Assembly (NCBI GenBank): GCA_965217045.1
Contig: OZ244228.1
Coordinates: 586,428 to 650,427, forward strand
Length of the DNA: 64,000 nt
Direction of reading: 5' to 3'
Source: Vicinamibacterales bacterium
GTDB taxonomy: Bacteria > Acidobacteriota > Vicinamibacteria > Vicinamibacterales > UBA8438
In this document: in pieces, positions 56,374-64,000 of the stretch
Layout: every line of letters begins with the position of its first letter
Numbering within the stretch: the first letter of the stretch is position 1
Translations under genes and position numbers: made by a program
The notes under the pieces: model-generated
The model's input: the letters and a program-made list of their open reading frames with translations, nothing else
The model's database searches: none
What the model was told of the DNA's origin: nothing

Positions 56374-57689
56374 GCCGTTGCCCGTTGGACGACGTCCGGC
56401 AGCGGGATCTCGAATCGCGCGCACGTGCCGCGGCCGGGCGTGCTCACGAGCTGCAGACGGTAGTTCTCGCCGTAGATCACACGCAGGCGCTCATCCACGT
56501 TGCGCAAGCCGATACCGTCGTTGAGGCTTTCGGCCAGGGTCGTGTCGCTCATGCCGGTGCCGTTGTCGGCCACCTCGATCACCGCATGGCTTCCGGTCTG
56601 CCGGCTGCGAATCGTGACGCGGCCCCCGCCTATTTTATGGGTCAGCCCGTGCTTGATCGAGTTCTCGACGAGTGGCTGCAGCAACATGCTGGGCATGACG
56701 ACGTCGAGGCTGGCGGCGCTGATCTCCTTCTTGACGACCAGCGTCGGGCCGAACCGGACCATCTCGATGTCGAGGTACTCGTCGATCGCTTCGAGCTCCT
56801 CGCGCAGGGTCACGAAGTGCTCCTGGCTGTGCAGTAACCGCCGCAGCAGCCCGGACAGCTTCAGGATGAGCATGCGCGCCGTCTCCGGCTGCGAGCGGAT
56901 GAGCGACGAGATCGACGTCAGGGTGTTGAACAGGAAATGCGGGTTGATCTGGCTGGCCAGCGCCTCGAGGCGGGTCGACAGCAGCAGCTTTTCCTGCTCC
57001 TGGAGGCGATGCTCGATCCGGGCCGTGTTCCAGATCTTGATCGGGATGGTGACGCTCAGCACGGTCGCCAGGATGACCACGACTGCCAGCCACGCGTTCG
57101 GCGGCTGCATGTGGAACAGGTGCGATCCGAACCGCAGGCCCAGACCGAGACGGAGCAGCTCGAGACCGACCGGCGCCGCCAGCAGCACCACGTGCCAGTC
57201 GAGCCGCAGCCGGCTCAGCATCCGCCACACGTGGCGGTGCAGGTCGGTGATGGACAGCGGCGAGAAGCGCCAGATGGCTTCCTTCGGACAGACCTCCCGC
57301 AGCCCGCCCCCGCAGAAACCGCACCCGACCGCGAAGGGCATGGCGATTGCCTCGCCCCCCACCAGCGCGGGCGTGCCCACGAGCGCGCCGACGATTGCGC
57401 CGGCATACGGGCCCGCGATCAGCCCGGCGAGGAACGGCCCCGCGAGCGAGAGATCGCTGGCGTTGTAATTGAGCAGCAGGCGGGCCGTGACGCCGCCGCA
57501 CAGCGGCAGGCCGAGGGCTGCCGCGAATACCAGACGCTCGCGCCACGCGCGTTGCTCGGTCAGCAGGATGCGCCGGAACTGCCGGAAGCGGACCAGCATC
57601 GTGGCCAGCGCCGCCACGACCGCCAGCTTGACGACGAGTGTCGTCAGCAGGAACTGTGTCGCCGAGAGCAGCTTCACTTCGACTGGCAT
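56370..57689 (-). CDS. LytS-type sensor histidine kinase (5TM-LYT-like membrane domain + His_kinase + HATPase_c)
   Basis: It has the signature QINPHFLFNTL, the motifs LLQPLVENSIKHG and DNGTGM, and a multi-TM N-terminus. The ATG at 57689 lies inside the longer ORF. Confidence 0.85.
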   Translation of the reverse strand: MPVEVKLLSATQFLLTTLVVKLAVVAALATMLVRFRQFRRILLTEQRAWRERLVFAAALGLPLCGGVTARLLLNYNASDLSLAGPFLAGLIAGPYAGAIVGALVGTPALVGGEAIAMPFAVGCGFCGGGLREVCPKEAIWRFSPLSITDLHRHVWRMLSRLRLDWHVVLLAAPVGLELLRLGLGLRFGSHLFHMQPPNAWLAVVVILATVLSVTIPIKIWNTARIEHRLQEQEKLLLSTRLEALASQINPHFLFNTLTSISSLIRSQPETARMLILKLSGLLRRLLHSQEHFVTLREELEAIDEYLDIEMVRFGPTLVVKKEISAASLDVVMPSMLLQPLVENSIKHGLTHKIGGGRVTIRSRQTGSHAVIEVADNGTGMSDTTLAESLNDGIGLRNVDERLRVIYGENYRLQLVSTPGRGTCARFEIPLPDVVQRATA

Positions 57690-57889
57690 CGGCCCGCCAT
57701 CAACTATACCGGTAGGTTGGTGGTCGCGCCCGCGGGCGACTCCTGAACACCAACTTCCGCGGGCCGGGGCTGCCAAATGTATTACAATGCGTTTGCCGCC
57801 GGGTGACCAGCGCCTGCCCGCGCCCCTCCTTATTCTTGCGGCATTCATGGGGCGGAGAGCGGTGGCCGGACGCAAGGAAACCGTCACTC

Positions 57890-58600
57890 GTGATTTCGTT
57901 GTTCGATCCCCCCGGATCCCCCCACAGCGAGAAGGTCGTAGTCAACCGGGACACGGCGTCTCCCGCGTTGTCCGTCACCGAGGTCGAGAACGACTTCGTC
58001 GAGGACGTCTACACGAAGATCTCGTCCTGGTACGACCTGTTCTTCGGGCCGACGCTGCACGCCGGACGGCTCGAGGCCATCCGGCGCCTGCCGCTGTGCC
58101 CCGGCTGCCGCATCCTCGAGGTGGGCATCGGGACCGGGATCAACGCGCCCCTGTACCCGCAAGACTGCTTCGTGACCGGCATCGACTTCTCCGCCTCGAT
58201 GCTCGCCAAGGCCGGCCGGCGCATCAAGGCTCACGGCGTGCGCAACGTGGATCTGATACGGATGGACGCCGCGGATCTACGGTTCGCCGACGAGTCGTTC
58301 GATATCGTCTACGCCCCGTACGTCATCAGCGTCGTGCCCGATCCCGTGCGGGTCACCCACGAGATGCATCGCGTCTGCCGCGTGGGCGGGCATGTTGTCG
58401 TTCTCAACCACTTCAGGAGCCGGAATCGGCTGCTGGCATGGGCGGAACGCGTCCTGTCCCCGCTGACCGTGCACATCGGGTTCAGGGCCGACCTCGACCT
58501 GCCTGGGTTTCTCGCGCAGACCGGATTCGACCCGATCTCCATCGAGAAGGTCAACATTCCTCGGATGTGGTCGCTCGTGACGTTTCGCAAGGAGGCGTGA
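57890..58600 (+). CDS. Class I SAM-dependent methyltransferase (PmtA/UbiE-like)
   Basis: It has the motif ILEVGIGTGIN. A GTG follows an AAGGAAA RBS. An alternative ATG start is at 57803. Confidence 0.8.
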   Translation: MISLFDPPGSPHSEKVVVNRDTASPALSVTEVENDFVEDVYTKISSWYDLFFGPTLHAGRLEAIRRLPLCPGCRILEVGIGTGINAPLYPQDCFVTGIDFSASMLAKAGRRIKAHGVRNVDLIRMDAADLRFADESFDIVYAPYVISVVPDPVRVTHEMHRVCRVGGHVVVLNHFRSRNRLLAWAERVLSPLTVHIGFRADLDLPGFLAQTGFDPISIEKVNIPRMWSLVTFRKEA

Positions 58601-58638
58601 ACCTCGCCTTCTTCTGACTCGTCTATAATCGGCGAAAA

Positions 58639-61260
58639 ATGCTGCAGGTGACACCGCGGGCCTGCGTCGGCCGGTTGGCACGGACACCCGCTGTCTTGGC
58701 ACGCCCGCTCGCCGTCGCCTTGGCGTTCTGCGCGTTCGCGCTCGGCGCGCCCGCCGCGCGTGCGCAAGAAGTCGACCGCGCGACCGCCGAGCGCGAGTTT
58801 CACAAGCAGACCACCCGGGCGCTCGCGCGCGGGCGGCTGGACGAAGCGACCGCGCTGGCGTCCGGGCGGCCCGAGACCGATCCGGCGGCGGCCGCCGTGC
58901 ATGCCAGGACGCTCGTGCTGCGCGGCCTGTACGAAGAGGCCCGGGAGCGGCTTGTACCGGTTGCCGAGCAGGCGCCGGCCAGCGCGGCGGGGCTGGAGCT
59001 GGGTCGGCTGCTCCAGCGCATCGGCCGCAGCGACGAAGCGGGCCTGTATCTCGAAGCGGTCCTGGCACGGGGCCTGCGCTCGAGACGGCCGGTCGACAAG
59101 TACCGCGGCGGTCTCGCGGCCCGTGCCCTGGGACGGTACCGCCAGGCCAACGGCCTGTTGCAGTCGGCGGTGATCGGGGCTCCCGAAGACCCGGCCATCC
59201 ACACGGCCTGGGCGGAGCTCTTCCTCGAGAAGTACAACCGGGCCGACGCCGTCCAGTCGTTCACCGAGGCCCTGCAGCTGGAGGACGAATGGGCCCCCGC
59301 TCATCTGGGGATGGCGCGGGCGCTCGTGGACGAGAACCCGCCCGTCGCCCGCCGGTCGGTCGAGCGCGCCCTGGAGATCGATCCGAACAACGTCGCGGCG
59401 CACCTGTTCGTGGCCGAGCAGGAGCTCGGTGATCGGAACATCGCCGCGGCCCGCGAATCGATCGAGCGGGCGCTCGCGTTCAACGCCGCCAGCCTGGAGA
59501 CGCGTGCGCTCGTTGCGGCCATGGCCTATCTCGAGGATCGCACGGCCGACTTCGAAGCGGAGATCGGCCACGTGCTCGCGATCAACCCCGCCTACGGCGA
59601 CGTCTACCGCATCGTGGGAAGCCATGCGGCCCGGGCGTACCGCTTCGACGAGGCAGCCGCCCTGGTGCGCCGTGCGCTGGCAATCGACCCGGACAACAGC
59701 CGCGCCCTCGCGGAGCTCGGCATGCACCTGCTGCGCACCGGCGACGAGGACGGCGCGCGGGAGGTGCTGGAACGGTCGTTCGCCGACGATCCGTTCGACG
59801 TCATCACCTACAACCTGCTCGAGATGATGGATACGCTCGACGAGTTCCAGACCTTCGAGCGGGGCGACCTGATCGTGCGGCTCCATCCGGCGGAGGCGCC
59901 GATACTCGGCGAGTACGTGCTGTCTCTCGCGCAGGAAGCGCTCGACACCCTGGCGGCGATCTACGCCATTGAGGTCCGGGGACCGATCCTGATCGAGGTG
60001 TTTCCGCGCCACGACGACTTCGCCGTGCGCAACCTGGGGCTACCCGGCATGATCGGCGCGCTGGGCGCCTGCTTCGGTCGAGTGGTCACGATGGATTCGC
60101 CGCGCGCGCGCCCGCCCGGCGATTTCAACTGGCGGGCGACTCTCTGGCACGAGATCGCTCACGTCATCACGCTGCAGATGTCGAAGCAGCGGGTGCCGCG
60201 CTGGTTGACCGAGGGCGTGTCGGTGTACGAAGAGCAGCGCGCCCGCCCCGCCTGGGGACGCGATCAGGAGTTGACGTTCGCCCGCGCGCTCAACGACGAC
60301 GCCGTGCTGTCGTTGAGGGACCTGAACGGCGGCTTCTCGAGGCCCGAGACGATCTCGCTTGCGTATTTTCAGGCGTCGGTGCTGGTCGACCACATCGTCC
60401 GCCGCTACGGCGAGGACGTGCTGCACGCACTGATCACGGGCTACGGCGACGGGCTGGACACGGAAGAGGCGCTGGCTAGCGTCGGTCTCGACTTCGACAC
60501 GCTGCAGGCCAGCTTCGACGAGGCGGTCGACAGCCGGTTCGGCGCGCTGCGCGAGGCGCTGCTGCCCATCGAGACGGAGACCGCGCCCGCGCCGGAGAGC
60601 CCGGACGCCGACGTGCGCGAGCGACGAGAACCGGATCCCGCGGAGCGGCTCGCGGCCCTGCGGCGTCTGGCCGCCGAGCACCCCGGCAGATTCTCGGTGC
60701 AGTTCGAGCTGGGTAAGGCGCTGCGCGAGGCCGGCGAGCTCGATGATGCGCTGGTGGCGCTCGAGCGCGCGTCGATGCTGGCGCCGATGGCCACCGGCAT
60801 CGACAGTCCCCGGGGGGTGATCGCGGCAATCGCGCAGGAGCAGGGCGACCGGGACCGGGCACTGCGCGAACTGGAGCGCCTGCTCGAGTTCGACCAGGCG
60901 TCGCTCGAGGCGGCGCGACAGCTCGCGGCGTTGGCCGCGGAGGCCGGGGACGAGGACCGGATGGCGCTCGCCTACGATCGGCTGGTGGGCATCGATCCGT
61001 TCGATCCCGCGCCCCATGTGGCGCTCGGCCGCCTGGCGCTGGCCCGTGGCGACACCGCCACGGCCATCCGTGAGTTCGAGGTCGCGCTGGCGGCCGGGCC
61101 TGTCGATCGGGTCTCGGCCCACAGCGACCTGGCCGAGAGTCATCTGCTCGCGGATCAGCCCGAGCAGGCGAAGCGCGCGGCGCTGGCCGCGCTCGAGATG
61201 GCGCCGACCTACGAACGCGCCCAGGAGCTGCTGTTGCGCGCCGTCGAGGCGGAGCGGTGA
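58639..61260 (+). CDS. TPR-repeat protein with central peptidase-MA-like HExxH domain
   Basis: A signal peptide and N-terminal and C-terminal TPR-like helices are present. The central motif is WHEIAHVITLQ...WLTEGVSVYEE. Confidence 0.8.
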   Translation: MLQVTPRACVGRLARTPAVLARPLAVALAFCAFALGAPAARAQEVDRATAEREFHKQTTRALARGRLDEATALASGRPETDPAAAAVHARTLVLRGLYEEARERLVPVAEQAPASAAGLELGRLLQRIGRSDEAGLYLEAVLARGLRSRRPVDKYRGGLAARALGRYRQANGLLQSAVIGAPEDPAIHTAWAELFLEKYNRADAVQSFTEALQLEDEWAPAHLGMARALVDENPPVARRSVERALEIDPNNVAAHLFVAEQELGDRNIAAARESIERALAFNAASLETRALVAAMAYLEDRTADFEAEIGHVLAINPAYGDVYRIVGSHAARAYRFDEAAALVRRALAIDPDNSRALAELGMHLLRTGDEDGAREVLERSFADDPFDVITYNLLEMMDTLDEFQTFERGDLIVRLHPAEAPILGEYVLSLAQEALDTLAAIYAIEVRGPILIEVFPRHDDFAVRNLGLPGMIGALGACFGRVVTMDSPRARPPGDFNWRATLWHEIAHVITLQMSKQRVPRWLTEGVSVYEEQRARPAWGRDQELTFARALNDDAVLSLRDLNGGFSRPETISLAYFQASVLVDHIVRRYGEDVLHALITGYGDGLDTEEALASVGLDFDTLQASFDEAVDSRFGALREALLPIETETAPAPESPDADVRERREPDPAERLAALRRLAAEHPGRFSVQFELGKALREAGELDDALVALERASMLAPMATGIDSPRGVIAAIAQEQGDRDRALRELERLLEFDQASLEAARQLAALAAEAGDEDRMALAYDRLVGIDPFDPAPHVALGRLALARGDTATAIREFEVALAAGPVDRVSAHSDLAESHLLADQPEQAKRAALAALEMAPTYERAQELLLRAVEAER

Positions 61261-62054
61261 CGGCGTCGCGGTGGCGGGGACGCACCGCGGCCCTGCTGCT
61301 GGCCGGGCTCGTCGCGCCGCCGGTGCTGGTCGGGGCAACCGGCAGCACGCAGCTCGTCCCGCCCGCTCTCGACGGGCTCGACTGGACATTTGTCCGCATT
61401 CGATACAGCTCGGAACCCGATCGGCTGGAGCAGTTCCGCCGGCAGTACTGGAGCGATCCGTGGGCCATTGACGGCCCGGCCGCCGAGCAGAACCTGTCGC
61501 GCCGGATGGGACGGGTCACGGCGGTCGAGGTGAACGAGCCGCTCGTCATGGAGCTGACGGACCGGCGGCTCTGGGAGTATCCGTGGCTCTACTTCGTGGA
61601 GCCGGCCAACATCGAATGGTCTTCCAAGGAAGCCGGGATTCTCCGGGAATTCCTGCTGCGCGGCGGCACGGCGACCTTCGACGACTTTCACGGGCCGGTC
61701 GAGTGGGAGCTGTTCGAGCGGCAGCTCGCGCGGGTGTTTCCCGCCCGGGACCTCGTGGAGCTGCCGCTCGACCATCCAGTGTTCAGCTGCTTCTACCTGC
61801 TCACGGAGTATCCGCAGATTGCGGGCCTGGGGTCCTTCTTCAACGGCGTGACGTGGGAGAAGGGTGGGTACAGGCCGCAGCTCCACGCCATCCTCGATGA
61901 CGGCGGCCGCGCCATGGTGCTGGCCAACTTCAATACCGACATGGGCGATGGCTGGGAGTGGTCCAACGCGGAGGAGTACCCCGGCTACGTGCAGTACACG
62001 GCCAAGTCGTACCGCATGATCATCAACGAGATCGTGTACGCGCTCACCCATTGA
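61257..62054 (+). CDS. DUF4159 domain protein
   Basis: The motifs YPWLYFVEP, FLLRGGTATFDDFHG and HPVF are present. The GTGA overlaps the upstream stop. Confidence 0.85.
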   Translation: MTASRWRGRTAALLLAGLVAPPVLVGATGSTQLVPPALDGLDWTFVRIRYSSEPDRLEQFRRQYWSDPWAIDGPAAEQNLSRRMGRVTAVEVNEPLVMELTDRRLWEYPWLYFVEPANIEWSSKEAGILREFLLRGGTATFDDFHGPVEWELFERQLARVFPARDLVELPLDHPVFSCFYLLTEYPQIAGLGSFFNGVTWEKGGYRPQLHAILDDGGRAMVLANFNTDMGDGWEWSNAEEYPGYVQYTAKSYRMIINEIVYALTH

Positions 62055-62105
62055 CAGCCCGCGGGGCGCCGGCCAGGCCGGCGCGTCCGGCACGACGGAT
62101 ACGCG

Positions 62106-63107
62106 ATGGATTCGACAACCGCCGGGCAGGTCGCGGAACGCGTCATTGCTGGACGGGACCGGATCCTGACGGAGCTGCACAAGGTCATCGTCGGTCAGGA
62201 CGAGGCCCTCGATCTCGTGCTGACCGCGCTCTTCACGGGCGGCCACTGTCTCATCACCGGTGTCCCCGGCCTGGCGAAGACGCTGCTGGTCAAGACGCTG
62301 GCCCAGGTGTTGCAGCTGACCTTCAAGCGGATACAGTTCACGCCCGACCTGATGCCCGCCGACATCACCGGCACCGAAGTCCTGGAGGAGCGCGACGGGC
62401 ACCGCGCCCTGCGCTTCGTCAAGGGGCCGGTCTTCGCGCAGATCATCCTCGCTGACGAAATCAACCGCACGCCCCCCAAGACCCAGGCCGCCCTGCTCGA
62501 GGCGATGCAGGAATACCACGTCACGGCGGCCGGACGGCCGTACGAGCTGGAGCGTCCGTTTCTCGTGCTCGCCACGCAGAATCCCATCGAGCTCGAGGGC
62601 ACCTATCCGCTGCCGGAGGCGCAGCTGTCCCGGTTCATGTTCAACATCGTCATGTCCTACCTCCCCGAGGACGAGGAGGTCCGGGTGGTGACCTCGACCA
62701 CGTCCGACGTCAGCCAGACCCCCGAGCGGGTGCTGGACGGCGCGGACATCCTGGACTTTCAGCGCCTGGTTCGCCAGGTGGTGGTATCCGACGAGGTGGC
62801 ACGCTACGCCGTGCGCCTGGTCGACGCGTCCCGGCCGGGCCGCGCCAACACGCCCGACTTCGTCGAGCAGTGGGTGCGGTGGGGCGCCGGGCTGCGGGGG
62901 TCGCAGGCGCTCATTCTGGGCGGCAAGGCGCGCGCGCTGATGAACGACCGCTACCACGTGTCGGTCGGCGACGTGCGCGCGCTCGCCCAGCCGACGCTGC
63001 GCCATCGGCTGGTCACGAATTTCTTCGCCGAATCCGAAGGCATCGACGCGGAGCAGGTGATCTCGCGTCTGCTGGACGCCGTGCCGTTGCCCGCCAGCGG
63101 CATGTGA
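62106..63107 (+). CDS. moxR: MoxR-family AAA+ ATPase
   Basis: It has the motif IVGQDEALDLVL, Walker A GVPGLAKT, the motif ADEINRTPPKTQAALLEAMQE and the motif ATQNPIE. Confidence 0.9.
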   Translation: MDSTTAGQVAERVIAGRDRILTELHKVIVGQDEALDLVLTALFTGGHCLITGVPGLAKTLLVKTLAQVLQLTFKRIQFTPDLMPADITGTEVLEERDGHRALRFVKGPVFAQIILADEINRTPPKTQAALLEAMQEYHVTAAGRPYELERPFLVLATQNPIELEGTYPLPEAQLSRFMFNIVMSYLPEDEEVRVVTSTTSDVSQTPERVLDGADILDFQRLVRQVVVSDEVARYAVRLVDASRPGRANTPDFVEQWVRWGAGLRGSQALILGGKARALMNDRYHVSVGDVRALAQPTLRHRLVTNFFAESEGIDAEQVISRLLDAVPLPASGM

Positions 63108-63108
63108 C

Positions 63109-64000
63109 ATGGTGACGGTGCCTCGCGCCAACGAGCTGCGCTATCTCGATCCCGCCGTCATTGGCCGCATCGGGTCGATGGAGCTCCGGGCGCGGACGAT
63201 TGTCGAGGGATTCCTGATCGGTCTGCATCGCAGCCCCTACCAGGGCTTCAGCGTCGAGTTCTCCGAGTACCGGCAGTACATGCCGGGCGACGACACGTCG
63301 CTGATCGACTGGAAGCTGTACGCGCGCAGCGATCGCCACTACGTCAAGAAGTTCGAGGAAGAGACCAACCTGGACTGCCACATCCTGCTCGATGTATCCG
63401 GGTCGATGGGCTACGGCTCGGCCGGCGTCACCAAGCAGGAGTACGGCGCCTACCTGGCTGCGGCGATCGCGTATCTGATGAATCGCCAGCGCGACGCGGT
63501 CGGGCTGCTCGCGTTCGACGAACAGGTCGTCCGCCACCTGCCCGCGAGCGCCAGACCGGGCCATCTGCGCCAGGTGCTGCTCACGCTCGATACGCTGGCT
63601 GCAGGTCGGGGATCGGACGTGTCGAAGCCGCTGAACCGGTTGGCTGAGGCGTTGTCCCGGCGCGGGCTGGTGGTCTTGATCTCGGATCTGCTGGACGAGC
63701 CGGGCCACATCGTGCGCGGGCTCCGGCATCTACGGTTCCGGGGTGCGGACGTGGTCGTGTTTCAGCTGCTGGATCATGCGGAGCTGACGTTTCCCTTCGA
63801 GCGTGCTGCGCGCTTCCGGGACCTGGAGACGGACGACGAGGTGGCCGCCGTGCCGCGGCTCGTGCGGCAGCACTACCTGCAGGAGTTGCACGCCCTGCTG
63901 GCGCTGTACCGGCGCGAGCTGCGCCTCGCCGGAATCGACTACCGCCTGGTGGACACGTCGCAGCCGCTCGACCTCGCGCTGCTCGCGTATCTCTCGGCGC
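63109..64000 (+). CDS. DUF58 (vWA-like) protein; 3' end cut by the window edge
   Basis: I translated this by hand. The frame is open to base 64000 and so is absent from the ORF track. The hallmark is HRSPYQGFSVEFSEYRQYMPGDDTSLIDWKLYARSDRHYVKKFEEE followed by LLDVSGSM. Confidence 0.85.
   Translation, partial: MVTVPRANELRYLDPAVIGRIGSMELRARTIVEGFLIGLHRSPYQGFSVEFSEYRQYMPGDDTSLIDWKLYARSDRHYVKKFEEETNLDCHILLDVSGSMGYGSAGVTKQEYGAYLAAAIAYLMNRQRDAVGLLAFDEQVVRHLPASARPGHLRQVLLTLDTLAAGRGSDVSKPLNRLAEALSRRGLVVLISDLLDEPGHIVRGLRHLRFRGADVVVFQLLDHAELTFPFERAARFRDLETDDEVAAVPRLVRQHYLQELHALLALYRRELRLAGIDYRLVDTSQPLDLALLAYLSA

Overview
This is a very GC-rich bacterial chromosomal segment. G+C was judged by eye, not computed. 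The gene families present (PSCyt/DUF1553 + DUF1501 pair, DUF5916, DUF4159-MoxR-DUF58) are typical of Acidobacteriota, Gemmatimonadota or Planctomycetota-like genomes, but the taxon cannot be fixed from sequence alone. I can support about 55 protein genes and one tRNA-Leu(CAA). I found no rRNA, CRISPR array, transposase, integrase or phage genes. Nearly every real gene is shadowed by a long Arg/Ala/Pro-rich antisense ORF, the usual high-GC artefact, and I ignored these.

Gene content from left to right:
- 2-oxoacid:ferredoxin oxidoreductase alpha/beta, then a molybdopterin oxidoreductase with yggX.
- A secreted redox cluster at 6.1-15.0 kb: PSCyt-LamG-PSD dihaem protein, DUF1501, an LPMO-like protein with a predicted N-terminal His, an uncharacterised exported protein, and a haem c / PHM-like copper monooxygenase fusion.
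- metF, peroxiredoxin, an OPT transporter with an orphan PqqD-like protein, and nadE.
- Two PQQ-like beta-propeller proteins flanking a GNAT, then gdh.
- A K+ module: RCK channel, trkA with an apparent frameshift, and trkH.
- A tungsten/molybdenum and formate/aldehyde island at 37.3-48.1 kb: OFA transporter, tupABC, mobA, aor, a moaD-like gene, and fdsB/fdsA.
- carD, plsC, rex-moaC, fadD, lepB, and the lytS/lytT two-component pair.
- A TPR-metallopeptidase followed by DUF4159, moxR and DUF58.

Observations most worth a second look:
1. An ~85-nt structured intergenic repeat family. There are 4 full and 2 internally deleted copies, all co-oriented with the flanking genes. At three loci the gene's stop codon is supplied by the repeat or sits at its 5' edge.
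2. The secreted haem/copper cluster at 6.1-15.0 kb, which has no assigned function.
3. A perfect 14-bp inverted repeat bracketing the whole lytS-lytT spacer. One arm covers the lytS stop codon and the other covers the lytT translation-initiation region.
4. A frameshift splitting trkA.

No database search or computation was run. All family names come from motif recognition by eye.
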